A stretch of 64,000 nt of DNA from NCBI RefSeq assembly GCF_036365525.1, contig NC_090399.1:32706430-32770429 (forward strand). Direction: 5' to 3'. Positions 24,510 to 38,334 of the stretch are shown one piece after another. Under the pieces are notes generated by a model that saw nothing but the letters and a program-made list of their open reading frames with translations, did no database searches and was not told the DNA's origin. The translations under genes were made by a program, and so were the position numbers. The DNA comes from Heterodontus francisci (Eukaryota). The number at the start of each line of letters is the position of its first letter. The stretch's first letter is position 1.

Positions 24510-27500
24510 TTCACTTTTCTTTAAACCAATTTATTTGCCTTATAATTGGAAAGCTGTGAACAAGGATTTACAAAAGGGGAGCTCAAAACATAGTGTGTTC
24601 AAAATTAAACCGTTACAGTAACACCAGGTGAAGATAGTAACAGACCCCTCGACACCTTTCTCACCTGGTTGGAACAAAAATTTGGGTGCCAGCATCTGGA
24701 ATTTTACCTACAGACGAATAAGTGAATTGAAAGTGGAAAGCCAAATGGTTCCCAATCAAAAAGAGCAAAATTAATACAGGTTTTCTTGTGGTTCTGTGTG
24801 ATTGAATACTAATATGTCTTCAACGGAAGTGAGTAGCTCTCCAAGCCAGGTTGAAGTAACTTGGGATAAGTTAAAAGCACTGTCTTTGGAGGAGTTGAGA
24901 AAAGGGACTGAGCAGTGTGGGATCAATGTGCATGGCAAGGCTAGGAAGTCTGAACTTCTAAAGCTAGTGGCCAACCATTTTTCCCTTGAATCTGAAGAAG
25001 CAAAAGCAGTGTTAGAAACCGAATCCGACAGGGTCGTGTTAGCAATGATACAATTGGAACAAAGGAAACTTGAATTTGAGGAAAGAGAGAGGGAGAAAGA
25101 AGGAACGGGAAGAGAAAGAGAGAGCCTTCCAAAAGGAACGTGAACAAAATGCAAGGCAGGAGAGAGAGAGAGAGAAAGAATATTCCAGAAAGAATCCAAA
25201 GAGAGAGAGAGAGCTGAAGCAGCTTGAGTTAACTAGGTGACGACAGAGTAACCTTAGTGAAAGCATGGCCAACATGGAGAAGCACAATTCAGGGCTCGGT
25301 ACAAGATTGCTAAAACTCGCTCACTTAATTTCAAAATTCAATGAGGAAGATGTGGAAGTATTTTTTGTGTATTTTGAGAAACTGGCAAAGGAGCTAAAAT
25401 AGCCAGCTGAGACCTGGTCTCTTTTATTGCAAAGCAAACTAACCGAAAAAGCCCATGAGTTTTATTCCTTGCTGCCAGATGCAAGTTCATCAAATTATGA
25501 ACTGACCAAAAATGCTATCCTTGGGGCATATGAATTAGCACCCAAAGCCTATTGTCAAAAGTTTAGAACCTTCAAAAAGCAAGCCAATCAAACTTATCTG
25601 GAGTTTGAAAGAAGTAAGCAGCTGGCTGTTGACCAGTGGCCCAGTGGCTGAGGGCTTTAAAAATAAGCTCAGTTATGAGACTATCAGAGAAGTAATCCTG
25701 TTAGAGGAATTTAAAAACTCTCTCTCATTCTCAATAAAGACCCATGTAGAGGAGCAGTGGGTTCAGAGAGCCTGGCAAGCGGCAGTTCTGGCTGATGAGT
25801 TTGTTTTAATTTATAAGTCTGTTTTCCAGGATAGAACCTTTCATAATCACCCTGACAAATCCAAAAAGGACAAAGGGTGGGAAGGTGATATCCGCCCAGG
25901 CCTTCCTGGAAGAGAAAGGAAAGCAGGACACAGAAGGGGCCCTCCTCCAGTCAAAAAGGAAAGTGCTGCCAGCAAGAGTGAGACCCGGAGGCCTGTGTGC
26001 TTCCATTTTAATAAGGCAGGGCAGTTAAAAGCTGACGCTGGAAACTAGAGGGTAAACTGGTAGGGTTAATCATGGCACACCCGCTCAGTGAAGACGAGGC
26101 CCTGATGGAAAACACAGAACAAGCTATGAATTTAACTGCAGTAAAAGTGCAACCCAGGACGCTTACTACAGCCAGTGTAGGAAAAGTTAATAGGATTCCT
26201 GAAGGTTATCGGGTTTTGTGTTTGTGGGGAATGCAATCCTACATCTCTCTGGTGGGGCAAGCGAACCCATAGTCATTCTCAGGGACACAGGGGCTACCAG
26301 TTTCCTTTTACTGGGAATAGGGCTGACCTTCCCCACAGAGAGTGCAGTGAACATCAAAGTGGTGGTGAATAGCATTGGAGGGCAGTGTATGCCTGTACCT
26401 CCACACCGGGTACAACTGGAGTGCGACCTAGTTTTGAGACCGGTGACCGGAGGGATTGTCCCTAGTTTGCCTCTGGATGGGGTTGACCTGCTCCTTGGCA
26501 ATGATCTGACGGGGGTGAAGGTGGTAGCTTCCCCCACCCCACCCCCAGTAGTGAAACAAAAACTATAGGAGGTCAGAGATACAAGGCAGTGGCAGGAGAC
26601 GGTCCCCTGCAGTTTCCCTGAATGTGTAGTGATCAGGCCCTGATCAAACCAACTCCCCGAGAGGAGACTGTATTGATACTGCAGGCAAATGACCATGAGG
26701 TCTGCCTGTCTGAGACTTTCTTTGGAAAGTTAGGAGACCCAGGGAATTAATTAAATGGATTTTCCCTAGCTGAGGCTCAGCGAGCCGACCCAGCATTGCA
26801 AAAGTCAGCACGGGCTGTCCGGTCTGAAAGTGAAGCAAAGGGGGTCCCTGATTGCGACTATTTAAAGAATAGGTACTGATGAGGAAATGGAGTCCTCCTC
26901 ACAGACCGGAGGGCAAGGAGTGGACAGTAGTTTGGCAGTTAGTGGTGCCACAGAGGTATCGGGGAGAAATATTAAGAAGGGCCCACGAGACTACAGTGGC
27001 TGTACCTGCCGGTATACGAAAGACCAAAGCCTGCATAAGACAGCAGTTTGACTGGCCAAAACTCCACAACGATGTGGTGGAGTACTGCAGGTGTTGCCAC
27101 ATGTGCTAGATTGAGAGGAAACCCCAACCTACAGTGAAATCTGCACCCCTAACTCCTGTACCGGTGTTAGGAGGACCCTCCAGCAGAGGCTGGTGAACTG
27201 CAAGGGACTCCCCCGCTGAGAACAATAGGCGATAGGCCGGCACACAGCTGGAAAAAGTTTAGAAAGAGAAGGGGAAAAAGTGACCAAGAGGGCAGGTTCA
27301 AGGAAGTCTATGAAGAAAACCCCTGTTGTCTGGTCAGCCAACCCCGAAAAATGTGAAAAGTTAGACCTCACATCCTCCTATGCGAATGCAGACTCTAGAA
27401 GCACCCCACCAGAGTTGCTAACAGCAATTACAGGGACCTGGAGAGACAAAGAGAGAACTCTAGGGAGCACAGAAATCATGAGGATGATGCCTCACCTAGT

Positions 27501-28740
27501 CGAAGTACCACAGGAGACAGCAGCCAAGTCTGCACAAATACCTACAGTTAGGACCATCTCAGAGAATAAAGGCGAGAGTAACAAAGACTCCTCCCCCACA
27601 GTCAGAGGAAAAGGGAACCATTCATCCCCTGAAGTCAAAAGTCTTTGCATGACTCGGAGTTCAGGATAGACCTGCCCACTACTACTCCTGAAAAAAAAAG
27701 AGTAAATTAAAACAGCACTGGCACCCAGAACAGACCATTTTAATAAGCTTTAAGATTGGTGAATGAATGGAAATGAATGAAAGAAATGCATGCTTTTTTC
27801 TTACTGTATCTTATATTTCTCTCAAATCCTGTAACGAAATGTGCCATTTTCATTCAAATCACATTTTATTCCCCTGGGTGTGAAGCCCCCCCCCCCCCCC
27901 ACCTGCCAAGACTGAGGCACACATTATTTCATCACATGAACATTAAAACTTAAAATTGCAAGCCCCTGACTGGAGAGACATTTGAATAGTAACAAGGGAC
28001 AAAGGACCGTGCCCTGACACATTCAACCAACAATGGACTTTTGATTGCCATACATTGAAGCATTCCAGGTTAAATACTAAGATAGCTGAATACACAGAAG
28101 AAGTGGTCAGAGCAGTTTTGGTCACGACTGACAGTTGGAGTTTTTGAATTTGAACTTTCAACAGGAAATTTGTAATCAGACAGCTCCTGGCTCCTAGTTT
28201 GAGAACATCTCTCTCCTGTATGCTCTCATCTCGCTCACACCAGCATCAGAAATCATTGAAGATGTATGAAAACTAAGAGAGAAAAGTCTCCCACAGTGAA
28301 CAAGGTTTAAGAAGAATACTGGGCCCCAATGAAAAGTAAGAGATTTCTACAATCAAGGACTCTACGGCAAGCTAGAAAAACAGCACAGTAAACAGGAAAC
28401 TCTTCTGAAATTGACTCGAACTTCTCCATTTTATTTTTCTACTCTTTTCTGTGCCTATTTTCATGTGAGTATCACGGGTGCATGCTAGTGTGGGTGTGTC
28501 GTATATCCGTAGGCATGAACCATATTAGAGTTTAAGTAAGTTAAATAATTTTCACTTTTCTTCTTTAAACCTAAGAAAAGCCTGGTGTGCCCATTTCTTT
28601 GTCTTAGAATTGGAAACCTGTGAACAAAGATTCACAAAAGGGGAACTCAGAACAGTGTGTTTAAAATTAAACCCTGTTACAATAAGACCAGATGAAGATC
28701 GTAACAGACCCCTAGACACCTTTCCCACCTGGTCGTAACA
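24500..28740 (+). mobile_element. Non-autonomous Gmr1-like Gypsy element: truncated 5' LTR, gag, protease, integrase zinc finger, 3' LTR (~27880-28740)
   Basis: 24500-24676 matches 28541-28740; YELTKNAILGAYEL, ILLEEFKNSL, ILRDTGAT, AHE..GIRKT..FDWPKL..CRCCHMC; no RT. Confidence 0.88.
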
Positions 28741-28823
28741 ACATAGATACTGAAGACGTGTGGGTTGTCTAATACAGTACTTTTGGACAATATTTCATAT
28801 ATTGTATGGAAGGGGCCTGTTGT

Positions 28824-29030
28824 TCAGGAGCAGCAGCCACATTTGTCAGAGGTTTTCCCTTTACACACACAGCCATTGGCGCAGTTCGTACATCTTACAG
28901 GATAGCAAGAGCAGCAACTTTTCCGGCAGGGTCCAGCTTTGCTGGTGGGACTTTGGGAGTCTGAGCATCTGGAGGTGTTTTCACAGGAGCAGGATCCATC
29001 CAGGCACACACAGGGCTTTGAGTCAGACAT
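28824..29030 (-). pseudogene. mt: Metallothionein retrocopy (intronless, open 68-aa ORF, 16 Cys); retrogene or pseudogene unresolved
   Basis: MSDSKPCVCLDGSCSCENTSRCSDSQSPTSKAGPCRKSCCSCYPVRCTNCANGCVCKGKTSDKCGCCS; no introns; 3' UTR cut by the LTR at 28740. Confidence 0.92.
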
Positions 29031-29070
29031 TTCACTAACTTCTTCACCAGTGTCCAGCCCTCTCAATCTC

Positions 29071-29310
29071 TTTTTTATTCCAACAATATACTTCATTCAC
29101 AAAAATTTGCAAAAATACATCACAGAACAGTTCAAATTTCACATTTCAGGAAGTACAATAGAGATCAGATTTCTTTGACACAGAAAACATGAAGCGCCTC
29201 ACAATTCTTGCCATTCCATTTGAAATGTAATGTACATTGGCATTACACAGCTAAAAACGGTGCACACATCCTGAGGGGTTTTATGTGGGTTCCAGCCCCT
29301 CAGTTCACTA
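29071..29310 (-). mobile_element. LINE 3' end fragment carrying AATAAA on the minus strand
   Basis: Homologous to 19230-19453; TTTATT at 29074-29079. Confidence 0.6.
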
Positions 29311-29319
29311 TTTTTATTT

Positions 29320-29643
29320 TTTTTAAATTTTTTTTTTAGAGATACCGCACTGAAACAGGCCCTTCGGCCCACAGAGTCTGTGCCAACCATCAACCACCCA
29401 TTTATACTAATCCTACACTAATTCCATACTCCTACCACATCCCCACCTGTCCCTATATTTTCCTACCACCTATCTATACTAGGGGCAATTTATAATGGCC
29501 AATTTACCTATTAACCTGAAAGTCTTTGGCATGTGGGAGGAAACCGGAGCACCCGGAGGAAACCCACGCAGGCACAGGGAGAACTTGCAAACTCTACACA
29601 GGCAGTACCCAGAATTGAACCCGGGTCGCTGGAGCTGTGAGGT
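29320..29643 (-). mobile_element. V-SINE (HE1-like), 5'-truncated
   Basis: V-domain TGTGTAGAGTTTGCAAGTTCTCCCTGTG..GGGTTTCCTCCGGGTGCTCCGGTTTCCTCCCA, B box and CR1-like tail. Confidence 0.88.
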
Positions 29644-29644
29644 G

Positions 29645-29842
29645 CCAAATACAGAATTTCCAGACAGACAGTAATCTACAGTCACCACAGTTCCATTTAC
29701 ACAGAGTCACAAATGTGGAGTCTCCATCAGTCACTCACTGTCACCTCGATGAAATCACACCCTCCCTGATTGTCTAAACACTCCTCCCACTGATCTCGGG
29801 GAGCTCCATTCTCTGGAATACCAGTCGGGACACGAGAGGCCA
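29645..29842 (-). other. Candidate terminal (3' UTR) exon of the MHC class I gene
   Basis: Strong acceptor TTTATTTTTCTTCCCCAG| at 29843 in unique sequence; an unused donor exists at 38286. Confidence 0.5.
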
Positions 29843-29879
29843 CTGGGGAAGAAAAATAAACAGATGGTTGCAGAATGAC

Positions 29880-31002
29880 GAAACCCAGCAGACCCAGCAC
29901 AGACCCAAAAAAACCGAACAAATCCACTCCCCAAACTGCAGCAAAACCCATGAACCCATAAGACCGCCCAAACACCAGCAAAACCCATCAGATCCCCACA
30001 AACACCAGCAGAAAAACCCATCAAACCCTCTCCCCAAACATCAGAAAACTCATCAGACACCATGAGCAGCAGCAAAACGCAACAAACCCACTCCCCAAAT
30101 ACCAGCAAAACCTATTAGACCCAGTTTCCAAACACAAGCAAAACACATCAGACTGTAGGATTGAGTTTATTTTATGATGGTATAGTATATTTCCATCTTC
30201 ACTGTCTGCGGCGCATTATAGTTTTATCCTTGTAGGGCAAAATCACAAATGCAGCAGTCCGCTCACAGGCAGAGCTCCTAAGTGTGTTGCACTAATCAAA
30301 CAGAGGAGGCTTCGGTGGACCAGACACATCCACAGGATGGAAGACATTCATATAGCCAATGACCTTCTGTATGGTGATGTAGCTCACTCCAGATGACCAG
30401 TGGGGCATCAAATCTCCACTTCAAAGATGCTTACAAGCGTGACATGAAGGCCCTTAATATCGACCTGGGAGTCACTAGCTGGTGAAAGAGGGAAATGGCG
30501 ACACATCCTGTGGAATAGTGTGCACTACCACGACGACCAGTTGCTACAGCAGGTTGGCAACATGCGCCAAAATCAAAAACTACAACTCACAGCGTCACTT
30601 GGCAGTTTCACGTGCAGGACTTGTAGCAGAACCTGCCTCTCAAGGATTAGCCTTCACAGCCATCAGCAAAGGTGCACCAAGAGAAGACACCCCACCGACA
30701 TGGATTGTTTGCTGTGTGTCCACCAACTTTCATCGATGGAAGAATGCCAACCAGCCAGTACTGTTAGAACTTACTTGTCATATCCTTAAGTAAATCTGAT
30801 AAAAGCAAAACCCATCAGACCTACAAACACCAGCAAAACCCATCAGACCCACTCCCCAAACAGCAAAACCCATCAGACCCACTCCCCAAACAGCAAAACC
30901 CATCAGACCCACTCCCCAAACAGCAAAACACATCAGACCTACAAAACATCAGTAAAACCCATCAGACCTACTCCCAAAACACCAGCAAAACTGATCAGAC
31001 CC
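29880..31002. repeat. Degenerate ~30-bp tandem repeat (CAGCAAAACCCATCAGACCCACTCCCCAAA), resuming at 34640-35010 and 37920-38000
   Basis: Same motif in four blocks separated by TE insertions. Confidence 0.85.
30265..30760 (+). mobile_element. RTE LINE 3' fragment
   Basis: DLLYGDVA, FKDAYKRDMKAL, FTCRTCSRTCLSRISLHSHQQRC. Confidence 0.8.
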
Positions 31003-31054
31003 ATCTGGTTCACTAATTTCCTTTAGGGAAAGAAATCTGCCGTCTTTACCTGGT

Positions 31055-31394
31055 TTAGTTTAGTGATACAGCACTGAAACAGGCCCTTCGGCCCACTGAG
31101 TCTGTGCTGACCATCAACCACACATTGATACTAATCCTACACTAATCCCATATTCCTACCACATCCCCACCTGTACCTATATTTCCCTACCACCTACCTC
31201 TACTAGGGGCAATTTATAATGGCCAATTTACCTACCAACCTGCAAGTCTTTTGGCTGTGGGAGGAAACCGGAGCACCCGGAGGAAACCCACGCAGACACA
31301 GGGAGAACTTGCAAACTCCACACAGGCAGTACCCAGAATTGAACCCGGGTCGCTGGAGCTGTGAGGCTGCGGTGCTAACCACTGCGCCACTGTG
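31055..31394 (-). mobile_element. V-SINE (HE1-like), full length
   Basis: A box TGGCGCAGTGG, B box GGTTCAATTC, V-domain; TSD CTGGT. Confidence 0.92.
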
Positions 31395-33895
31395 CTGGTC
31401 TGGCTTACATGTGACTCCAGACCCACAGCATTGTGGCTGACTCTTAAAATGTCCTCTGAAATGCCTAGCAAGCCATTCAGTTGTACTTAACCACTAAAAA
31501 GTTGATCAGGAATGAAACCGGACGGACCACCGAGCATTGACCTTGGCACCGTAAACAACAGCGGCAAACCCAGCCATGTCGACCCTGCAAAGTCCTCCTT
31601 ACTAACATCTGGGGGCTTGTGCCAAAGTTGGGAGAGCTGTCCCACAGACAAGTCAAGCAACAGCCTGACATAGTCATACTCACGGAATCATACCATACAA
31701 TGTCCCAGACACGACCATCACCATCTCTGGTTATGCCCTGTCCCATGGCTGGACAGACCCAGCAGAGGTGGCGGAACAGTGGTACACAGTAGGGAGGGAG
31801 TTGCCCTGGGAGTCTTCAACATCGACTCTGGACCCCATGAAATCTCATGGCATCAGGTCAAACATGGGCATGGAAACCTCCTGCTGATTACCACTTACCA
31901 ATCTAACTCAGCTGATGCATCAGTATTCCTCCATGTTGGACACCACTTGGAGGCAGCAAGGGCGCAGAATGTACTCTGGGTGAGGTGCATCAATGTCCAT
32001 CACCAAGAGTGGCTCAGTAACACCACTATTGACCTAGCTGACCCAGTCCTAAAGGACATAGCTGCAAGACTTGGTCTGCAGCAGGTGGTGAGGGAACCAA
32101 CAAGAGAGAAAAACATACTTGACCTCATCCTCAGTAATCTGCCTGCCACAGATGCAACTGTCCATGAGAGTATTGGTAGGAGTGACCACCGCACAGTCCT
32201 TGTGGAGACAAAGTGCCGACTTCACATTGAGGATCCCCTCCATTGGGTTTTGTGGCACTACCACTGTGCTAAATGGGATAGATTTCGAATAGATCTAGCA
32301 ATGCAAAACTGGGCATCCATGAGGTGCTGTGGATCATCTGCAGCAGCAGAATTGTACTCAATCACAATCTGTAACCTCATGGCCCTGCATATTCCCCACT
32401 CTACCATTACCATCAAGCCAGGGGATCAACCCTGGTTCAATAAAGAGTGTAGGAGGGCATGCCAGGTGCAACACCAGGCATACCTCAAAATGAGGTGTCA
32501 ACTCGGTGAAGCTGCAACCCAGGGCTACTTGCGTGTCAAACAACATAAGCAGCATGCGATAAACAGAGCTAAGTGATCCCACAACCAACAGATCAGATCT
32601 AAGCTCTGCAGTCCTGCCACATCCAGTCAAAAATGGTGGTGGACAATTAAATTATTAACAGGAGGAGGTGGCTCCACAAATATCCCCATCCTCGATGATG
32701 GGAGAGTCCAGCACAACAGTGCAAAGTTAAGGCTGAAGCATTTGCAACAATCTTCAGCCAGAAGTGCCGAGTTGATGATCCATCTCGGCCTCCTCCTGAA
32801 GTTCCCAGCGATCCAGATGCCAGTCTTCAGCCAATTCTATTCACTCCGCGTGATATCAAGAAACAACTGGATACTGCAAAGACTATGGGCCCTGACAACA
32901 TTCCGGCAATAGTACTGAAGATTTGTGCTCCAGACCTTGCCGTGCCCCTAGCCAAGCTGTTCCAGTACAGCTGCAACACTGGCATCTACTCGGCAATGTG
33001 GAAAATTGCCCAGGTATGTCCTGAACACAAAAAAAAGGGGACAAATCCGACCTGGCCAATTACCATCCCATCAGGCTATTCTCGATGATCAGTAAAGTGA
33101 TGGAAGGTGTCATCAACAGTGCTATCAAGCGGCACTTGCTTAGCAATAATCTGCTCAGTGATGCTCAGTTTGGGTTCCACCAGGGCCAGTCAGCTCCTGA
33201 CCTCATACAGCCTTGGTTCAAACATGGACAAAAGAGCTGAACTCAAGAAGTGAGGTGAGAGATACGACCCTTCAGATCAATGCAGCATTTGACCGAGTAT
33301 GGCATCAATGAACCCCAGCAAAACTGGAGTCAATGGGAGTCAGGGGGAAATCTCTCCGCTGGGTGGAACCATACCTAGCGCAAAGGAAGATGGCTGTGAT
33401 GGTTGGAAGTCAATCATCGCAGTTCCAGGACATCATTGCAGGAATTCCTCAGAGTAGTGTACTAGGCCCAACCATCTTCAGCTGCTTCATCAATGACCTT
33501 CCTTCAATCATAAAGGTCAGAAGTGGGGATGTTCGCTGATGATTGCACAATGTTCAGCACCATTCGTGACTCCTCAGATACTGAAGCAGTCCGTGTAGAA
33601 ATGCAGCAAGACCTGGACAATATCCAGGCTTGGGCTGATAAGTGACAAGTAACATTTGCGCCACACAAGTGCCAGGCAATGACCATCTCCAACAAGAGAG
33701 AATCTAACCATCTCCCCTTGACATTCAACAGCATTACAATCACTGAATCCTCCACTATCAACATCCTGGGGGTTACCGTTGACCAGAAACTGAACTGGAA
33801 TAGCCATATAAATACCATGGTTCAGCCATGCGCGGAGGCTAGGAATCCTGCGCTGAGTAACTCACCTCCTGACTCCTCAAAGCCTGTCCACCATC

Positions 33896-34108
33896 TTTTT
33901 TTTTTTAGAACATTACAGCGCAGTACAGGCCCTTCGGCCCTCAATGTTGCGCCGACCTGTGAAACCATCTGACCTACACTATTCCATTTTCATCCATATG
34001 TCTATCCAATGACCACTTAAATGCCCTTAAAGTTGGCGAATCTACTACTGCTGCAGGCAGGGCGTTCCACGCCCCTACTACTCTCTGAGTAAAGAAACTA
34101 CCTCTCAC
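33896..34108 (-). mobile_element. Short CR1 3' end
   Basis: FFTQRVVGAWNALP; TSD CATCT. Confidence 0.85.
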
Positions 34109-35009
34109 ATCTACAAGGCACAAGTTAGGAATATGATGGAATACTCTCCACTTGCCTGGATGGATGCAGCTCCAACAACAGTCAAGAAGCTCGACACCAT
34201 CCAGGACTAAGCAGCCCGCTTGATTGGCACCCCATCCACAAACATTCACTCCCTTCACCACTGACACACAGTGGCAGCAGTGTGTACCATCTACAAGATG
34301 CACTGCAGCAATGCACCAAGGCTAGTCAGGCAGCGCCTTCCAAACCTGCAACCTCAACCACCTAGAATGACAAGGGCTGCAGATTCATGGGAACACCACC
34401 ACCTGCACGTTCCCCTCCAAGCCACACATCAACCTGACTTGACACTAAATCACCATTCCTTCACTGTCGCTGGGTCAAAATTCTGGAACTCCCTTCCGAA
34501 CAGCACTGTGGGTGTACCTACCCCACATGGACTGCAATGGTTCATGAAGGCAGCTCACCACCACCTTCTTAAGGACAATGAGGGATGGGAAATAAGTGCT
34601 GGCCTGGCCAGTGATACCAACATCCCATGAAATGAATAAATCAACCCAATCCCCAAACACCAGCAAAACCCATCAGACGCCGAAACTTCAGCAACACCAA
34701 TCAGACCCACTCTACAAAAACCAGCAAAACCCCGTAGATCCCCAAACATCAGCAAAATACATCAAACCCAGTCCCAAACACCAACAAAACCCATCAGACC
34801 AAGCCCGAACTCCAATAAAACCCATCAGACCCACTCCCCAAACACCAGCAAAACCCATTAAACCCACTCCCGAATTACCAGCAAAACCCATTAAACCCAC
34901 TCCCGAATTACCAGCAAAATCCATCAGACCCACTCCTCAAAACACACAAAACCCACCAGATCCACTCCCCAAATGCCACCAAAACCCAAAAACCCACTTG
35001 TCCGAACCT

Positions 35010-37920
35010 ACAAATTAAGAGTAGGCCACTCAGCCCCTCGAGCCTGCTCCGCCATTCAAAAAGATCATGGCTGATCTGATTGTAACCGCAATTCCACATT
35101 CCCGCCTAGCCCAAATAACCTTTCACCCCCTTGTTTATCCAGAATCTATCTAGCTCCGCCTTAAAAAATATACAAAAACTCTGCTTCCACCACCTTTTGA
35201 GGAAGAGAGTTCCAAAGACTCACGATTGAGAAAAGAAATTCTCCTCATCTCTGTCTTCAATGGGTGATCACTTATTTTCAAACAGTGACCCCTAGCTCTA
35301 GATTCTCCCACAAGGGGTAACATCCTTTCCATATCCACCCTGTCAAGACCCCTCAGGATCTTATATGTTTCAATCAGGTCACCTCTTACTCTTCTAAATT
35401 CCAGCGGATACAAGCCTAGCCTGTCCAACATTTCCTCATAAGAAAACCTGCCCATTCCAGGTGTTAGTCTAGTAAACTTTCTCTGAACTGCTTCCAAAGC
35501 AGTTACCTCCTTCCTGAAATAAGGAGACCAATACTGTACACAGTATTCCAGATGTGGTCTCACCAATATAGCTGAAGCATAACCTCCCTACATTTTTTGT
35601 TCAATTCCCTTTGCAATAATTGATAACATTCGATTAGCTTTCCCATTTACTTGCTGTACCTGCATACTAACATTTTGTGATTCATGTACTAGACACCCAG
35701 ATTCTTCTGCATCTCAGAGCTCCGCAATCTCTCACCATTTAGATAATATGCTTCTTTTGTATTCTTCCTGCCAAAGTGGACAATTTCACATTTTCCCACA
35801 TTATACTCCATTTGCCAGATCTTTGCCCACTCACTTAACCTATCTATATCCCTTCGTAGCCTCCTTATGTCCTCTTCACAACTTACTTTCCTACCTATCT
35901 TTGAGTCATCAGCAAATTTAGCAACCATATATTTGCTCCCTTTATCCAAGTCATTTATATAAGTTGAAAAAAGTTGAGGCCCCATCACTGATCCCTGTGG
36001 CACACCACTCGTTACATCTTGTCAACCAGAAAATGACCCATTTATGCCTACTCTCTGTTCCCTGTTAGCTAGCCAATCTTTTTTTTAAGAGATACAGCAC
36101 TGAAACAGGCCCTTCGGCCCACCGAGTCTGTGCCGAACATCAACCACCCATTTATACCAATCCTACACTAATCCCATATTCCTACCAAACATCCCCACTT
36201 GTCCCTATATTTCCCTACCACCTACCTATACTAGTGACAATTTATAATGGCCAATTTACCTATCAACCTGCAAGTCTTTTTGGCTTGTGGGAGGAAACCA
36301 GAGCACCCGGAGAAAACCCACGCAGACACAGGGAGAACTTGCAAACTCCACACAGGCAGTACCCGGAATCGAACCCGGGTCCCTGGAGCTGTGAGGCTGC
36401 GGTGCTAACCACTGCGCCACTGTGCCACTATAAGATTTAATCTTATATTAATGCCAACATGTTACCCCCTACACCAAGAGCTTTTACTTTCCACATCGAA
36501 TAAATTGGTTAAGAAAGATTTCCCTTTCGCAGAACCATGTTGACTCTGCTTGATTACCTTGACTTTTTCTAAATGCCCTGCTATATTGTCTTTAATTATA
36601 GCTTCTAACATTTTCCCCCAAGACAGATGTTAAACTAACTGGCCTATAGTTTCCTGCTTTCTGTCTCCCTCCATTTTTAAATAAAGGAATTACATTGGCT
36701 ATTTTCCAATCTACTGGAACCTTCCCTGAATCTAGGGAATTCTGTAAAATCAAAACCAATGTCTCTGCTGTCACACGAGCCACTTCTTTTAACACCCTAG
36801 GATGAAGGCCATCAGGACCTGGGGACTTGTCAGCTCGCAGCTCCAACAATTTTCTCAGTACTACTTCACTGGTGATTGTAATTCCCTCCCTTCCATTTCC
36901 TGATTTACAGCTATTTCTGGGATGTTACTTGTATCCTCTATGGTTAAGTCCGATGCAAAATATCTGTTCAATTCATCTGCCATCTCCTTATTTTCCCTTA
37001 TTAATTCCCCAGACTCACTTTCTATAGGACCAACGCTCACTTTGTTAACTCTTTTCTTTTTCATTATCTATAGAAACTCTGACCATCTGTTTTTTATATT
37101 ACCTGCCAGCTTTCTCTCGTACTCTAATTTTTCCCTCCTTATTAATCTTTTAGTTATTTTTCCTGCTTTTTTATATTCTGTCCAATCTTCTTACCTGCCA
37201 CTCATCTTTGAGCAATTATAAGCTTTTTCTTTACGTTTGATACTATCTTTAACATTTTTAGTTAACCATGGATAGTGGGTCCTCCCCTTGGCATTTTTCT
37301 TTCTCATTGGAATGTATCTATTCTGCATATTCTGAAATATACCCTTAAATGTCTGCACTGCATCTCTATTGATCTATCCCTTAACCTACTTTGCCAGTTC
37401 ACTTTTGCTAGCTCGGCTTTCATTCCCTCATAATTGCCCTTATTTAAATGTAAAATACTAGACTTGGAGCTGTCCTTCTCGCCCTAAAACTGAATATAAA
37501 ATTCAATCATATGATGATTGCTGCTGCCTAGGGACGCCTTCACTATGAGATCATTAATTAATCCCATCCCATTGCACAATACCAAGTCTAATGAGCCTGC
37601 TCTCTGATTGGCTCTAGACATGCTGTTCTAAGAAACTATCCTGAAAACATTCTCTGAACTCCTCATCAAGGCTACCTTTGCCCATCTGCTTTTTCCAACC
37701 TATATGTAGATTAAAATCCCCCATGATTATCGCCGTACCTTTCTGACAAGCACCCATTATTTATTTCTTTATACCCCATCCTACCTGCGGTAACTGTTCG
37801 GGGGCCTGTACACCATTCCCACCAGTGACTTCTGGCCTCTATCATTTCTCATCTTGACCCAAACTGCTTCTACATCCTGGTTTCCTGAACTTAGGTCATC
37901 CCTTTTTATTAGCACTATCC
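35010..37920 (-). mobile_element. CR1 LINE ORF2 fragments (APE to RT to tail)
   Basis: [42 protein letters not shown]. Confidence 0.92.
36079..36427 (-). mobile_element. V-SINE (HE1-like) nested in CR1
   Basis: Nearly identical to 31055-31394. Confidence 0.92.
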
Positions 37921-38287
37921 CTCTCCACTCCCCAAACATCAGCAAAACCCATCAGATCCACTCCCCAAATACCAGCAAAACCCATCAGACCCACTCCCCT
38001 AATAGGAGTAATTATGAGATGTTTCCAGGGGTCTTCAACCCAAATCCCCACCCCCTCCTCCAAGATATTTCTAACCTTTGACAGTTAAGGAGCAGCCATC
38101 TCCAGAAGGCCAGTCTCAAAGCTCAGTGTTGAATTGCATGAGCTGGTCTTTAGTGACTATACAGGGAGAGACAGACACTGCACTCAGATTCCACCCACCA
38201 GATTGTACAGTTAATACCAGCTGTAATAGCCCAGTTAGAAGGCCAGGGAAGGATCTGCTCACACTATTGATCAACACGATTCATACC

Positions 38288-38334
38288 TCAGGCACTGGTG
38301 GAGGAGCTGGATGAGGATTCCCCTTCATCAGAAA
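38288..38334 (-). CDS. MHC class I cytoplasmic exon 2 with stop codon (48-nt exon 38287-38334)
   Basis: Acceptor CCATTAACAG|; (I)SDEGESSSSSSTSA*; then G|GTATGA donor; same size as mammalian class I exon 7. Confidence 0.85.

Larger units (their letters stand above)
31003..34640 (+). mobile_element. Near full-length older copy of the tRNA-headed CR1-group LINE (partial head, APE, RT, tail)
   Basis: Colinear with 46278-49387 including the head/ORF junction; nested V-SINE and CR1 tail. Confidence 0.92.
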
